Assembly (NCBI GenBank): GCA_965112155.1
Contig: OZ218108.1
Reading direction: 5' to 3' (one strand)
DNA from: Podarcis liolepis
Taxonomy: Eukaryota
DNA length: 64,000 nt
Shown: positions 1 through 12,266 of the stretch, one piece after another
Layout of the letters: the number at the start of each line of letters is the position of its first letter
How positions within the stretch are numbered: position 1 is the stretch's first letter
The notes under the pieces: generated by a model
What the model was told of the DNA's origin: nothing
The model's input: only the letters and a program-made list of their open reading frames with translations
The model's database searches: none
Position numbers and translations under genes: made by a program

Positions 1-788
1 CCTGCTTCAAGGAAACGTCTTCTGTAGAAAAAATATATAGAGACCTGCAACTAAATGTTGCAGTGTGAAAAGTTTGTGTTTTCTGTTCCGCCCCCACCTG
101 GTTTTCAGTCCAACCAGGATTCATTGGGCTGTTTGTGGCCCCCACCCCACCCCACCTACCCTAGGATTTTAGAATGTCTGCAAAGCTTGGTATTTCCCTG
201 AACTTACTGATATCCCCGTCATGTACATGGGTGATGCTGTTTTAGCTACTTAGGGCAGTGGCACCAACCTCTGTGAACGTAGGAAATGGAGGGAGCAATA
301 TGATGGGAGACTCTTGGTGGTTCAACCAGAGGAGTCTGAACAGTGCTATCCCATTCAATTCCAGCATCTAACTCAGAATGCCAACACCACAATCACTTTT
401 CACTATCCTCAGACTCAGCAGAAGCAGTGTGATTGTGCTTTGGGCTCAGGAGTAAGAACTGGAGAGAGAATATCAACTTGATGGAAGCTTTCTAAAACAA
501 GCTCTGACATAAGAGCAAATGAAACAAAAGGTGTTTTTGTGTTGAACTGATATTTGAACATATCTGAGCAGTTCACCAGCAGTCCCTGCTCATGGTTCTG
601 TCAGGAATGCCGTAGTCTCCCAAAAAGCGACATTTTTGTTTGTCTCTTTGTGTTCGTTTAAGAGAGGCCATGTTTAGACAAAGACTAAGATGTACTCAAA
701 CTGCTCATAAACGCTTTCAATCATTTCCTGATTGTCCATTATAAAATGTCTTCAGGTTGAAATCACAAGATTCAAATTTGTGCCATTT

Positions 789-792
<4 letters not shown>

Positions 793-848
<56 letters not shown>
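793..848. repeat. Compound microsatellite (CA)n(TA)n
   Basis: Seen directly. Confidence 0.97.
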
Positions 849-1340
849 AGGCAATTTCAATGCATGTGCACCCAGAGGTAAGCTCATTGCATTCAGTGGT
901 GTTTAAGCTTCAGTATTGCTCACCTGGGAGTATTGAACACTGGTGCTTACAGCGGAGAAAACATGCCTAGTTATGTCTTGTCTCTGGGTATATCCCCCCT
1001 CTGACCTCTCCATCTAAGAAACCTTGGTTTTGCCCCTGGAGTCTATCCAGATTTTTGTTCAGTTAAGTTCCTGAACTTGGTCCTTGGTCTACAAACTGCA
1101 TGGGTCATTGGAGCCTTGAACAGTGGTTTCAGGGCTTCCTGCAGATCTCCCTGTGAGCCAAGACTTGGATAGAAAAATAGCCAACCAGCTTGCTTTTGAG
1201 TAATTTGTTTACTCTTTGATGAGCAACAGAATGCAACATAAACATAACATAAAATGGAAACCGGCAGCTAACTTTTTGATTATCATATTCCTTTCCACCA
1301 TATGCAAGGCTATGCTTGGATTTCTAGAAAGATGTGTACT

Positions 1341-1495
1341 CCTGGATAGCTCAGTTGGTTAGAGCATGGTGCTGATAATGCCAAGGTTGCAGGTTCGATC
1401 CCCGTCTGGGACAGCTGCATATTCCTGCTTTGCAGGGGGTTGCACAAGATGTTCTTCAAAGTTCCTTCCATCTCTACAATGATTCCATTTATGAC
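1341..1495 (+). mobile_element. SINE with tRNA-Ile-derived head and CR1-type 3' tail
   Basis: A box (tagctcagttggttag), B box (ggttcgatccc), head resembling tRNA-Ile (anticodon loop ctgataa), then attcctgc.ttgcagggggttg...cttcca.ctctac tail shared with CR1 ends in this window. Confidence 0.8.
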
Positions 1496-2340
1496 TGTGT
1501 GTTGGGTTATGGGCCCGTGTCAAAGTTTGATTTGATATGGCAGGATGCAAACTCCTGATTTCCTCAGACATTAAGAATTTGGGGGCACAATATAACCAAA
1601 ATAGAGGGGTTAGTTAAGTAAGCACATACTCAAGTGTCACCCATTGAAATGGGTGGAACTTTTGCTGAATCTTTTGCTGTTCGGGATACAACAAAGAACT
1701 GTGGATTAGTTAGAACAGTGATAACTTCACTGCTACCCACAGCAAGTGAGAATAACAAATGTTTCCTAAATATTCACCAATTAGTTTTCGTTGTCACTGA
1801 GATATTTTTAAATATTCCCAAGTAATGTTTACTTGCACCTCATTCCTTCCTTTGCTTTCCGACTGGTACTGCTGTTTTATCGTTCTACGTGGGTTACAAA
1901 TCTCTCTTGAGGGTGCTGGCCTTCTCCCGTCAAGGTTTGCCGTCACTCAATTCCACACAGGCTACTTCATCATCTGTTTCTGTTCACATGCTCCTACACG
2001 CTGCTTTGGGACAAACATCATCAGCACTTCACAGTCTTGACCCTAAATGCCCCCTCCCCTCGCCTTAGGAAGTTGTTCCTCACATTTCTGGTTTCCTGCG
2101 TTTTTAGCTTGCTGACTTTATCCTATGTGTCAGCTTTGCCCATGTTCATTTCACTTCCTCTGATAAAAGCAGGCTTGCATGATGCTTCACCGATATCTGA
2201 ATTCTTGTGGCGACCAGCAGTATCTTTTCCTAACTGTGACGCATCAGCTCATTGATAAAAGTTACTTATGGGGGGAAAAACACACCTCTGAAAAAAGGCT
2301 GGATGAAACAGATTCTGTTAGAAAAATAACTCGCTTCTTC

Positions 2341-3290
2341 TTTTTTTAATAGTTTTTTTATTCAAAATTAAAACAAGACATATTATTCAAAAACATTTCA
2401 TCCTTGTTTTCCCCCCCATTTTTCCTCCCTCCCACACAAAACCCCCCCACCCTACCCCCCAACTTCCCTCAGTTCCAGTCTTTGGTTTCTCTGAGACTGC
2501 TGTTTTCTGCATGTTACAAAGTTGTATACAGTGGTGCCTCGCAAGACGAAAATAATCCGTTCCACGAGTCACTTCGTCTAGCGGTTTTTTCCTCTTGTGA
2601 AGCAACCCTATTAGCGGCTTAGCGGATTAGCGCTATTAGTGGTTTAGCGACTATTAAAGGCTTAGCGGATTAGCGGCTAAAAGGCTATTAGCGGATTAGC
2701 GGATTAGAAAAGGGGGGGCGAAAAAAATCGCAAGATGTTTTCGTCTTGCAAAGCAAGCCCATAGGGAACTTCGCCTTGCGAAGTGCATCGAAAAACGGAA
2801 AACCCTTTCGTCTAGCGGGTTTTTCGTCTTGCAAGGCATCCATCTTGCGGGGCACCACTGTAGATCCTCAAACTATTAGCTGATTATTATCAATAAAAAG
2901 TTTGTGAATGTTTATTCAAAACCTGCCAAGGAGTCCAGTTCACTTTGTTGCGTCTTCAGATACTTTGTAAAGGGTTCCCATTCATCCTCAAAGTCACAGT
3001 TATCCTTTTCCCGTAGCTTATATGTCAGTTTTGCCAGTTCTGCATAGTCCGTCAATTTTTCTTGCCATGATTCTTTAGTTGGGGTTTCTTCAGTCTTCCA
3101 TCCTTGTGCTACCAGAACTCTCGCGGCCGTTGTCGCATACATGAAGATGTTTTTCAGATTTTTTAGCAGGTCTTTCCCTACAATCCCCAACAAAAATGCC
3201 TTGTTTTTTTTAAAACAAATGTTAAATAGAACATTTTCTTCAATTCATTGTATGTTGTTTCCCAAAATTTCTTATCTTTCTCGCTTCTTT
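2341..3290 (-). mobile_element. L1-clade LINE 3' fragment (ORF2 C-terminus plus 3' UTR), split by a MITE
   Basis: ORF 2912-3193 (FMYATTAARVLVAQGWK...W.EK...YAELA) matches the L1-type C-terminus at 55288-55503; reverse AATAAA and A-rich tail near 2341-2362. Confidence 0.8.
2529..2860. mobile_element. Tc1/mariner-type (Tigger-like) MITE with internal TTAGCGG repeats
   Basis: TIRs cagtggtgcctcgcaaga / tcttgcggggcaccactg, TA on both sides; same termini as 56125-56948. Confidence 0.88.
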
Positions 3291-3365
3291 TAATGAGAGG
3301 CATTGACGCAGTTCACATGTAGCATACGAAGCCAAACTATGGCTTTGCATGAACGAGCAAACATA

Positions 3366-3608
3366 CAGTCATACCTTGGTTCTCGAACAGCTTAGTTGAT
3401 GAACAAATCGGCTCCCGAACGCCGAAAACCCAGAAGTAAGTGTTCCAGTCTTTGAACGTTTTTGCGGAATCTGAACGTCTGACGCGGCTTCCACTTGAGT
3501 GCAGGAAGCTCATGCAGCCAATCGGAAGCCGTGCCATGGTTTTCGAACAGTTTTGGGAGTCGAACGGACTTCTGGAATGGATTAAGTTCAAGAACCAAGG
3601 TATGACTG
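3366..3608. mobile_element. Tc1/mariner-type MITE
   Basis: Perfect 18-bp TIR cagtcataccttggttct / agaaccaaggtatgactg, flanked by TA. Confidence 0.88.
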
Positions 3609-6237
3609 TATACAGGTTCTGGAGCAAAGACGGCAACTACTGCGCTCCCCTCCTGGACCTTCTTCCTGGGGTGAAGCTACTTTTGGGCTTAGCATTGCAT
3701 CCAAACAGGCGATAACAACAATTTTTCCAGGTTGGACTGCTTTAGCTGGGGCTGGTGAGAGTTTGGGTTCCTTGGAGGCAGGGCATTGCCTAGTATTTAC
3801 CACCACTTCCTTTACCATAAGCAGCGGAGAAGCACATATTGGGGCTGCATCCTTTCACTATGTAATATTTCTGTGCAATTGGTTTTTTCTTATTGTGCTC
3901 TAAACAGAGTCTCGGTATTTCTATTGCTGCTTACAATCTCAAACCTAAATGAGCCTGGTTGCTCTGCAGCGAAAAGCACATTTGTTGTCAGAAGCTGACT
4001 TGATTAAGATTAAAAGAACATTTATAGGCAATAAACCAGAAACATAATCTCTCTCTATCTCTCTCTCACACGCACACACTTTCTCACTCACTCACTGTGT
4101 AATAACTTCATCCTGGCAAGTGTTGTGCAGCCCATAAGCCTTACAAAACCCACCCTGAAAGCATTAGGCAGACAAGGATAGTGTTGTGGAGTGTGGCCCT
4201 CTGGTGGTGCCATTTGTAGTTTCGCCTTTCTGGCCTTGTTTTGAAATCTTAGCCTGAAGCAGGATAGCTGTGTTACAAATGCCGTCAAGTGAACATACTA
4301 AATACATTTTGCTGGTTCAAGCCTTGTTTGATTGTAATTTATTGTTACTTTTTTATTACTGTAACCCACGTATAAATGGAAACTCTGGATAGAAGTTTCT
4401 AAAATAAATAAGCGCGCTCTGCTTTGCAAAAAAAATTCCTCTGCACCATCCTTCCCAACACTTTGCATACGTGTGGTGCTGAAACGTTGCATTGTGTCCA
4501 ACAATATAGATTTTTTTGTTTATGCTGATGGTGTGATGGCATTCGTGTTGAGAACTCCCTGGCCCCAGCACCTGACACACATATCCAGTTCTTTCGTCCC
4601 TCTTTCAGTGGAATTCCAAGTCAGCCTTGGTGAAAGACAGGCAGGATTGGAGGCAACTTTGACAACGATTCGCCCAATATTTTACTTTTTTAGTAACTTG
4701 TTTTTATAACAGTCAGTACAAAATACAACAATACAGTACAGAGCAGCTGGGCAGTCAATGTCAATTACATTTCCCACTGGCCCAGTTGTGTAGCAGAACA
4801 AAAATGAAGTGCTGATTATGATATAAATAAGTTAGGCATAGCTTCATAAGATAAATATTCTTAACACTGCTTAGGGTGATGATATTAGCAGCTCCTGTAT
4901 AGGTTGTTGATAGGTAGGTGTACACATTGTCCAGAATGAAGAAATTTATAAATAATGACACTAATTTAAACATAAATACAATACTCCTCAACATAGCGGG
5001 GTAGATTGGGATGAGGTAACCTGCCTATGGTTATTTAAACTGGATTTAAACCAGAGAACTCTTCAAAGAAATGATGAGCCTCTCTTCCTTTACATACGGG
5101 TAAATTTATTTCCCCGGTTTGGTAACATTTAAGAAGTCATACAAAGCCACACTTTGAAGGCCTGAGCCTGTCTCTTAGCAGAGTAACCTGGCACCTTCCA
5201 GATGTTGTTAGTTGTAGTCCAGCCACATCTGGAGGACACAAGACGGGTGAAGGCTTTAGCTGGTACAATTGAGTAAAAGTCATTTCCGATTTCCAACTTC
5301 TCTACAAACTGCTGTATACATAAGTCTGCTGTATATAAACACACAAACCCAAGAATATTGTTAACAGAAATATTTTACTCTACCTATTCATGTTCAGAAT
5401 GCAGTAATAATTGTACCTTAGTTTTCAAAACTTTTACATCCTTATTCACAGCTGCAGACATACAAGCTGTAGTTGACTGCAGTGACTGAGCAAACTTTGC
5501 TAGGTAGTCTGCAGTACAACAACGCTTAGAAAAAACAAAATAGCTGCTTTAAGATACTGTTTATTATCAGTAGAGGGCAGTATATGCAAACAGAATTGAA
5601 CAGAACTGTGTAGTGTGCACAAATGCCAAAACTTCATACAGTATATTGTAAAAGTAATTATTACAAGTTTAATGCTGTCACAAAATCTAGTAGATCAGAC
5701 CATCCTATTTTTAGCTTTCTTGCTTCTTTCAGTTTAGGCTTCAGATGGATCTAAAAATAAATTGAAACATTGAATTTTAGAACCTAATTCAAACAGTTTC
5801 TCTGGTCTTCACTATCCAACAGATTCAGCCTTGGCTTCATTGCCACCCTGTCGTAAGGGTGCACAAGTTGACATTGTAAGGGTGCTGAAGTAAATCTGCC
5901 AAGTTTACAAATGGATTGTGCAAGACATGGTTAAGATACATCAGCTGAAAAAATCTTTGTAACACGTAAATTTCAACATGACCCTTGTGCATCCAGAGCG
6001 TTGGTGCTGGTGTAATTGAATCACTGATTGAGCCCCTCCTTCAGCTAAAACCAATTCATGTTTTTAATATAAATGTACTCTTGGGATTGTTTTCTTTCAC
6101 TCTAAATGCTGTTGTGTGTAGCATCTAGGTCAGAGTCGCAGAAAAGCATTTCTGAGGAGATTAAAGCTGTGCACCTCTAGCTGCCTATTGTCTGCTCATT
6201 TCAGTTTTCCTCTGCATACTATGTAATTCTGTCTCTA

Positions 6238-6880
6238 CAGTCATACCTTGGGTTACAGCCACTTCAGGTTGCATTTTGAGGGTTGTTGTTGTTGTTTAGT
6301 CGTGTCCGACTTTTCGTGACCCCATGGACCAGAGCACGCCAGGCACTTCTGTCTTCCACTGCCTCCCGCAGCTTGGTCAGGCTCATGTTTGTAGCTTTGA
6401 GAACACTGTCCAACCATCTCATCCTCTGTCATCCCCTTCTCCTTGTGCCCTCCATCTTTCCCAACATCAGGGTCTTTTCCAGGGAGTCTTCTCTTCTCAT
6501 GAGGTGGCCAAAGTATTGGAGCCTCAGCTTCAGGATCTGTCCTTCCAGTGAGCACTCAGGCCTGATTTCCTAAAGAATGGATATGTTTGATCTTCTTGCA
6601 GTCCATGGGACTCTCAAGAGTCTCCCCCATCACCATAATTCAAAAGCATCAATTCTTCGGCGATCAGCCTTCTTTATGGTCCAGCCATTTTTCGGGTTGT
6701 GGACCGCCAAAACCTGGAAGTACTAGAACGGGTTACTTTCGGGTTTGGGTGGTCGCACAGAAGCACTAAATTGCACTTTGCGCATGTGCAGAAGTGCCGA
6801 ATCACAACCCACGTGTGCACACACACGGGTTGCGAACGTGCATCCCACACGGATCATGTTCGCAACCCGAGCATCCACTG
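6238..6880. mobile_element. Tc1/mariner-type MITE interrupted by BovB
   Basis: TA-cagtcatacc...gcatccactg-TA; the uninterrupted sister copy is at 51988-52194. Confidence 0.82.
6282..6685 (-). mobile_element. BovB (RTE clade) LINE 3' fragment
   Basis: Reverse complement matches the BovB fragment at 44876-45372; (CAA)n tail at 6282-6294. Confidence 0.92.
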
Positions 6881-8277
6881 TATTAGCAAAATCGGCTATC
6901 TTCTTCTGCCCTCTTTCCTATCACTACAGTGGGAGAATGTGCACAGGGAACAACTGAGTCTTATGCTAACCTAACTTCTGGAAAGTGCCTGCTTGCATAA
7001 AGAATTTTGCACATATGCTTTGTCTGTGTGGTCAAGGACCTGGTCTTTACACAAAGGAAGGTAAATAAATTCCACAAGTTCAGCAGAGCACGTACTGCCT
7101 GGTGGTTGAGCCCTCTTCTCTTAATTCACTGGCTCTTGATTAGGACAAGAAATTCAAATTCTTTGCAAAAAGCTTTTCGGGAGGGTTGTGGTCCCCAAAA
7201 TACTGGCTCAGTTCTGCAGTTGATGAGAGTTCAATCAGGACTGAGCTGTGTTCATGCTGCTGTGAAAGTACTGCAAATCAGGGGCTCTGAGTCACCATCT
7301 CTGCAATTTCTAATCACTAATGGTGACCAAGATCCCTGTAAATGACAATCCTGCATTTTGCAGGGTATCGGAATCTGAATTTATTTGACTTTCACACCCC
7401 CAAAATGTTTAAATTCACGCAGAAGGAAAGTGTGGCAATTGGAGAAGCTGCTTCCTTTAATAAGACAAGGCACCCTCAGTGACATGTCATATTCCTCCTC
7501 TAAGACTGAAAGCAGACAATAGGTTCCATCCCCCGTTAGTATATGCACTTACCACACCGTTACTTCTATTAATAGATTTTTGCCATATTTTGCAAGTGCT
7601 TCAGAACCTACAAAATCACTTGGACTAGGACTCTTCAGTCATTATCCAGATGTTGTTCTTCAATAGAAAACTACGTCTCACATTAATAATAAAAATTCCT
7701 GTTATTTAAATTACCTGGTCTGGGTTATCAGTGTGAAAATAATAGATTAATTGCCCAAGTAGGTCAGGCCAGCAGACAATATAAAGTGGCTATTGTTGCT
7801 GTGGTTTGCTTAAACCTCTTGAATGTGATAGCAACCCAGGAATTAGGTTACTCTGCTCTGTTCAAGGAATAGTCCCTTAGGACGATGGTCTCTGAACATC
7901 CTATTCCCTGTATTATACATAAATGCACCTTAAGAGATCCTTATTTTTTTCTGCTTGCTGGCCTTTTCTGTTTAGTTCATCAGTGTCGCGTGGATAATAG
8001 CCCTGGTTTATTATTTTAATCCTGAACCTCACATGTTTTGGGGGTTTGTTAAAGCACCAAAGTATAGTATACCTGGAACTATTTTGAGAATTCTAATGCG
8101 AAATTTAGATTGCAGTACAGTTTCAGAGAGTGGGGCAGGTTCTACCCAACCAGATGTTACCTTGGTGTAAAATCATGTGCTAGGATATGATGCCTGGATT
8201 AGCGGTAAAATGGACCAAGCAGACTTGACTTGACTTCATTTGATTTTTGAAATTTAAAGTCAACTTTCATTTTGAAA

Positions 8278-8426
8278 GCTGGGGATAGCTGAGTTGGTAG
8301 AGCATGAGACACTTAATCTCAGGGTGATGAGTTCGAGTCCCATGTTGGGCAAAAGATTCCTGCCTTGCAGGGGGTTGGACTAGATTGCCCTCGGGGTCCC
8401 TTCCAACTCTACAAATCTGTGATTCC
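8278..8426 (+). mobile_element. SINE with tRNA-Lys(CTT)-derived head and CR1-type tail
   Basis: Head tagctgagttggtagagcatgagacacttaatctcagggt...gttcgagtcccatgttgggc resembles tRNA-Lys-CTT; tail gggggttggactagat...ccttccaactctac. Confidence 0.85.
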
Positions 8427-9101
8427 CTGCGGAAAAGTCCTATTAAATTCAGTAGGACTAACTTCTCGGTAAGCATACATAGATGGGGGTTGTAAATTTT
8501 GGGGCTCAGGATTACGTAGAGCTGATTCACTTGAATGCTAAACCGCTGCACGATTTCTGTTCTCATCCTGAAGCAAAGTTCTTAACCCAAGGTACCACTG
8601 TAATATTTAATCAGGGCATGTACAGGTTATGGGGGGGATAAACCCTAGGCTCACTTGTATATCATGGTCTGGCATTCAGCACACTGAAATTTTTATTGGG
8701 GAAGATGCAAACTTTCTTTATGATTGTGCATGGCAACATTTTCATTTTGGGGAATTACAGACAACGCCCCCACACTTATGTGGGGGTTATGTTCTGGGGC
8801 CCCACGTGCATAAGTGAAATTGCGTAAAGTGGGGTGCACCCCCTTTAATAAGGAAGGCACACAAAGGGGAGAGAGAGAGCGCGCACGAGAGAGAGAGACT
8901 CAACCTGAAAATTTCTTGGGGCCTTTGCTTGCCTGCCTGAGGGAAGCCAGTTCATGTGGCAATGGCAGCAGCTGGTCATGGAGGGCCAAGAAGGGCACCC
9001 AGCAGAATTGGTGCCAGGATGGGGTTGTGGGTGCGAGGTGGAGAGCAAGGTAGATGCAAAGGTGTCTTCCACAACACATTTATGTACTAAGAAACTCACT
9101 A

Positions 9102-9332
9102 CAGTGGTACCTCGGGTTAAATATGCTTCAGGTTACATACGCTTCTGGTTACAGACTCCGCTAACCCAGAAATAGTACCTCAGGTTAAGAACTTTGCTTC
9201 AGGATGAGAACAGAAATCATGCGGCGGCAGCGGGAGGCCCCATTAGCTAAAGTGGTACCTCAGGTTAAGAACAGTTTCAGGTTAAGAATGGACCTCCGGA
9301 ACGAATTAAGTACTTAACCCGAGGTACCACTG
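9102..9332. mobile_element. Tc1/mariner-type MITE (cagtggtacctcgggttaa family)
   Basis: TIR cagtggtacctcgggttaa / ttaacccgaggtaccactg, TA TSD; sister copies at 23270, 40606, 49474 and a fragment at about 8545-8600. Confidence 0.9.
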
Positions 9333-9479
9333 TACTAAATACTAAATATTTAGTTAAGCAAAACGTGTTTCTGAAAGAAATATAACTCTTGCAGCACATT
9401 GTATTCTCACTAGATGTATCACAAATGGAGAGTGCCGTTTGCTCTTTGGCCTAATTTCAGTGGACATTAGTAACACACA

Positions 9480-10832
9480 TATAAAAATCCCTCGTGGATG
9501 GTTTCATAAATTGGTAACACTGAAGTTAATGCTTCGTTCAGCTGATGGAGAGAGATGCAATCTCTGAGATCTTACGATGCAGTGAAGAAGTTGGTCTTTA
9601 AGGTGTTGCCGGATTCTGTGCCGAGTTCCCTGCAGCACACTGACAACGGCCATCCCTCTGTAAATTGATTCTGTTTGTGATGACGCAAAGAGGGGAAGCT
9701 GCAGTGCTACGGCAACTCTTTTGTTGACTCTGATTTCTTTGTTCATACTGCTTCACGAAATGCTTGCACCTGGTTTGAAATGTAGTACAGTGTTGATACT
9801 CCTCTAAGTGCTCCTATCTAATTTCCCCCTTTTTGGGGGACATACTGTATGTGAGCTACCAGGCTGACCAGAGGCTGTGTGTACACACCTAACAATGCAA
9901 TATGGATGCTGTCAGATTGAAATGCAGTAGAATTGCTGCACTGGAGACTTAGCTAAACAGTTTTGCAAGGGTTTTCATCACGTTTGGCTGTTTAAAAATA
10001 AATAAAGTCCTCTGGAAAATGTGCTGCTTTTAAAATAAAAAATGCAGTGAGCTTAATAAGCCAATGACATTTAGCCTGAGCTGAGCAGTCACTTCTGCCT
10101 CGTTGAATGGGTGCAATGAGCCCCTCTCACTGAGCTAGTAAATGCTACTGAGACACACTCACAGACACACACAAAAGTTCAGCTAATTAATCATGTCTGC
10201 ACAGAGGTAATGCTGCAGGGAAGCCATTATTAAATGGCATTTAGCGCAAAAGAAGAGAACTACCCTTTCCCCAAGAGATTCACCTATGCTGCCCAATCAG
10301 AAACTAGCACACACATGTCATGGCTTTCTCTTCTGCTTTTATATATTTCGGCAGGGACGTGATTGGCTCTTATCTGAGATTAATGGGAGGGATTACTTGA
10401 CACTGGTTGTAGCTTCCCTGCAGATTCTTCTTTGGTAGGCTGTTGATATAGAACAAGTCTCTTTCAGCAGCTGAGCATCTTGGCATACATAATTCATTAA
10501 GTCGTGGTGTTCTGGAAATATGCAGATCTCTTTCCGCTCTTCAGATTTCTCTTCAGCTGGTGAAATATGTCTTTCCAACCAAGTCCTTGAATTTTACTGC
10601 ACTTTGGAATTTTGCAAATGGCTCTTATATAACCAGAAGATCTCACAACTGGAATGCCAGTTAGATATTCTCTTGTGTACCTAATAGCAGGGAATCAATA
10701 GATCAACAAAACTAACAAACTGAAAAGCAAAATTCATTTAAAAGAATCCAGCATACTTTCCCCTGTTATCTCAGTAACAGCAGAGGACTGGAAAATTCTG
10801 TTTTAAATTGGTAACCCTAAAAAAAATCAAAA
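9480..10832 (+). promoter_or_regulatory. Probable internal promoter / 5' UTR of the PDE4D super-short isoform
   Basis: Repeat-free block directly upstream of a first coding exon; CCAAT motifs near 10061, 10294 and 10363 (reverse); CRE/CEBP-like TGACGCAA at 9681-9688. Boundaries approximate. Confidence 0.55.
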
Positions 10833-10880
10833 ATGCCCGAAGCAAACTATTTACTCTCAGTGTCTTGGGGCTACATAAAG
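10833..10880 (+). CDS. PDE4D: PDE4D super-short isoform (PDE4D6-type) unique first coding exon, MPEANYLLSVSWGYIK
   Basis: ATG at 10833 (A at -3), 16 codons translating to MPEANYLLSVSWGYIK, the known N-terminus of super-short PDE4D6/PDE4B5. Ends AAG|gtagga, phase 0, in frame with the FKRMLNREL exon at 15858. Confidence 0.95.
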
Positions 10881-12266
10881 GTAGGAATGTCTTTTTTTTT
10901 ACTTTTTAACCACGTTTGTCTGATTTGAAAGCATAATTATGAAAAAAACAAGATTGTGGAAATAATCATTTGAAAGCTGTGGTTGTTTTTCTTTGCATTA
11001 TAGACTGAGACTGTATTGGTATATTAGAATAGCTTGTAATATCTAGCTGATAGCTGTGGAAAGAGATCCTTCATTTTTCAGTCTTGCCTGATTATGCCTA
11101 TAATAAAGTTGAAGTCTGCTTTTTGGCGAATATCAGATTAGAACTATTGTGCCATATTCCATTAACCAAGAGGAACTTAGTTAAATAGATTGTGTGACTA
11201 ATAATGGCTGAATGCATGCATTCATAATGCTTTCTGATCACAACGTAGATCTCTGTTTCCAAGGATGTGTTTTAACAGCATATTCTGGTTTCCTGTGTGT
11301 GACACACAGCTTCTGTTGATTAAATCTCATCTGAAATGATGGGAGGCGGAAAATGGTCTTCCCTGAATGTTGACCTGTCTTACAATTTATACATGCTGAA
11401 AATCAGTCTTGATTTACAAAGCTTCTATAAAAGAAAGCCAAATAGGCTTTTCTCTCTCTTCACACTAGCAGGTATACTGATTTATTCATCACATGCAGCA
11501 TAAAATGCTGTGCTAGATTCCCGGAGTAAATCACGGAGTAGGGTGGAGGGACATGTATATCTTCTCTGGGTTGTTCCTTAATTATATGCCCATGTAACAC
11601 TTCCACATTATCCTCTTTTCCTTGATATTCATACAGTGTGTTCTTTAATGGTCCAGTAAAATACAATCGGTGAGCTTCAGTTAAATGCATCATATTGTTA
11701 AATCAATTGCAGTATTGGCTTAGGACCAACAAAGATGTCTTAGAATGCTCAACTTGGATATAAGCTATTTAGGTCACCAGGCACTTTGATTCTAAAGCAG
11801 ACCACACTCACCTCAACCCAATATGTTTTGTTTCCAGAATTTCGAACAATTCTCTTTTCAAGAACTGGTTTTCCCATATGCCAGATAACTTGTTTTCGAA
11901 TATTACAAGTGCTCTGTTTATGTTATATTGTTAGAGGGGCCTTCTACTTTGTTCAGGATCCTGAGGGTTCTGTCTTCCAAGTACTCGCAATACTTTGCCC
12001 CCAAGGAACGATGCCATTCTCACTTGGTCAAGAACAGATGAATATCCCAAGTCAGCAAGGAGAATTCTGTGTGCAAAAGAAATCAGGCTTTCGCACATGG
12101 ATTTCCCAGCAAAAGGCTGCTCTGTGTAGAATTCCCCATCCAGCAACCTGTCGTGTGCATGCGCTGCTTCTGCATTCAATGCCGAACAACAGATAGTTGG
12201 TTAGCTCTATATAGCAAGTAGTACAGAGAGCCTATGTGGTTCGGGCTGCTGGATTTGGACTAAGAA

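Noticed and set aside
1341-1412. tRNA-Ile gene
   Set aside because: Acceptor stem is broken, there is no T-run terminator, and it runs directly into a SINE body with a CR1 tail.
2608-2707. CRISPR-like or telomere-like array
   Set aside because: Short degenerate 7-8 bp units without unique spacers, inside a MITE in a vertebrate genome.
4536-4547. PDE4D8 first exon (also begins MAFV)
   Set aside because: Similarity stops after four residues, and PDE4D8 is a long form whose first exon lies upstream of UCR1.
8278-8352. tRNA-Lys(CTT) gene
   Set aside because: Multiple substitutions in the A box and stems; followed by SINE tail; a second copy at 14413-14558.
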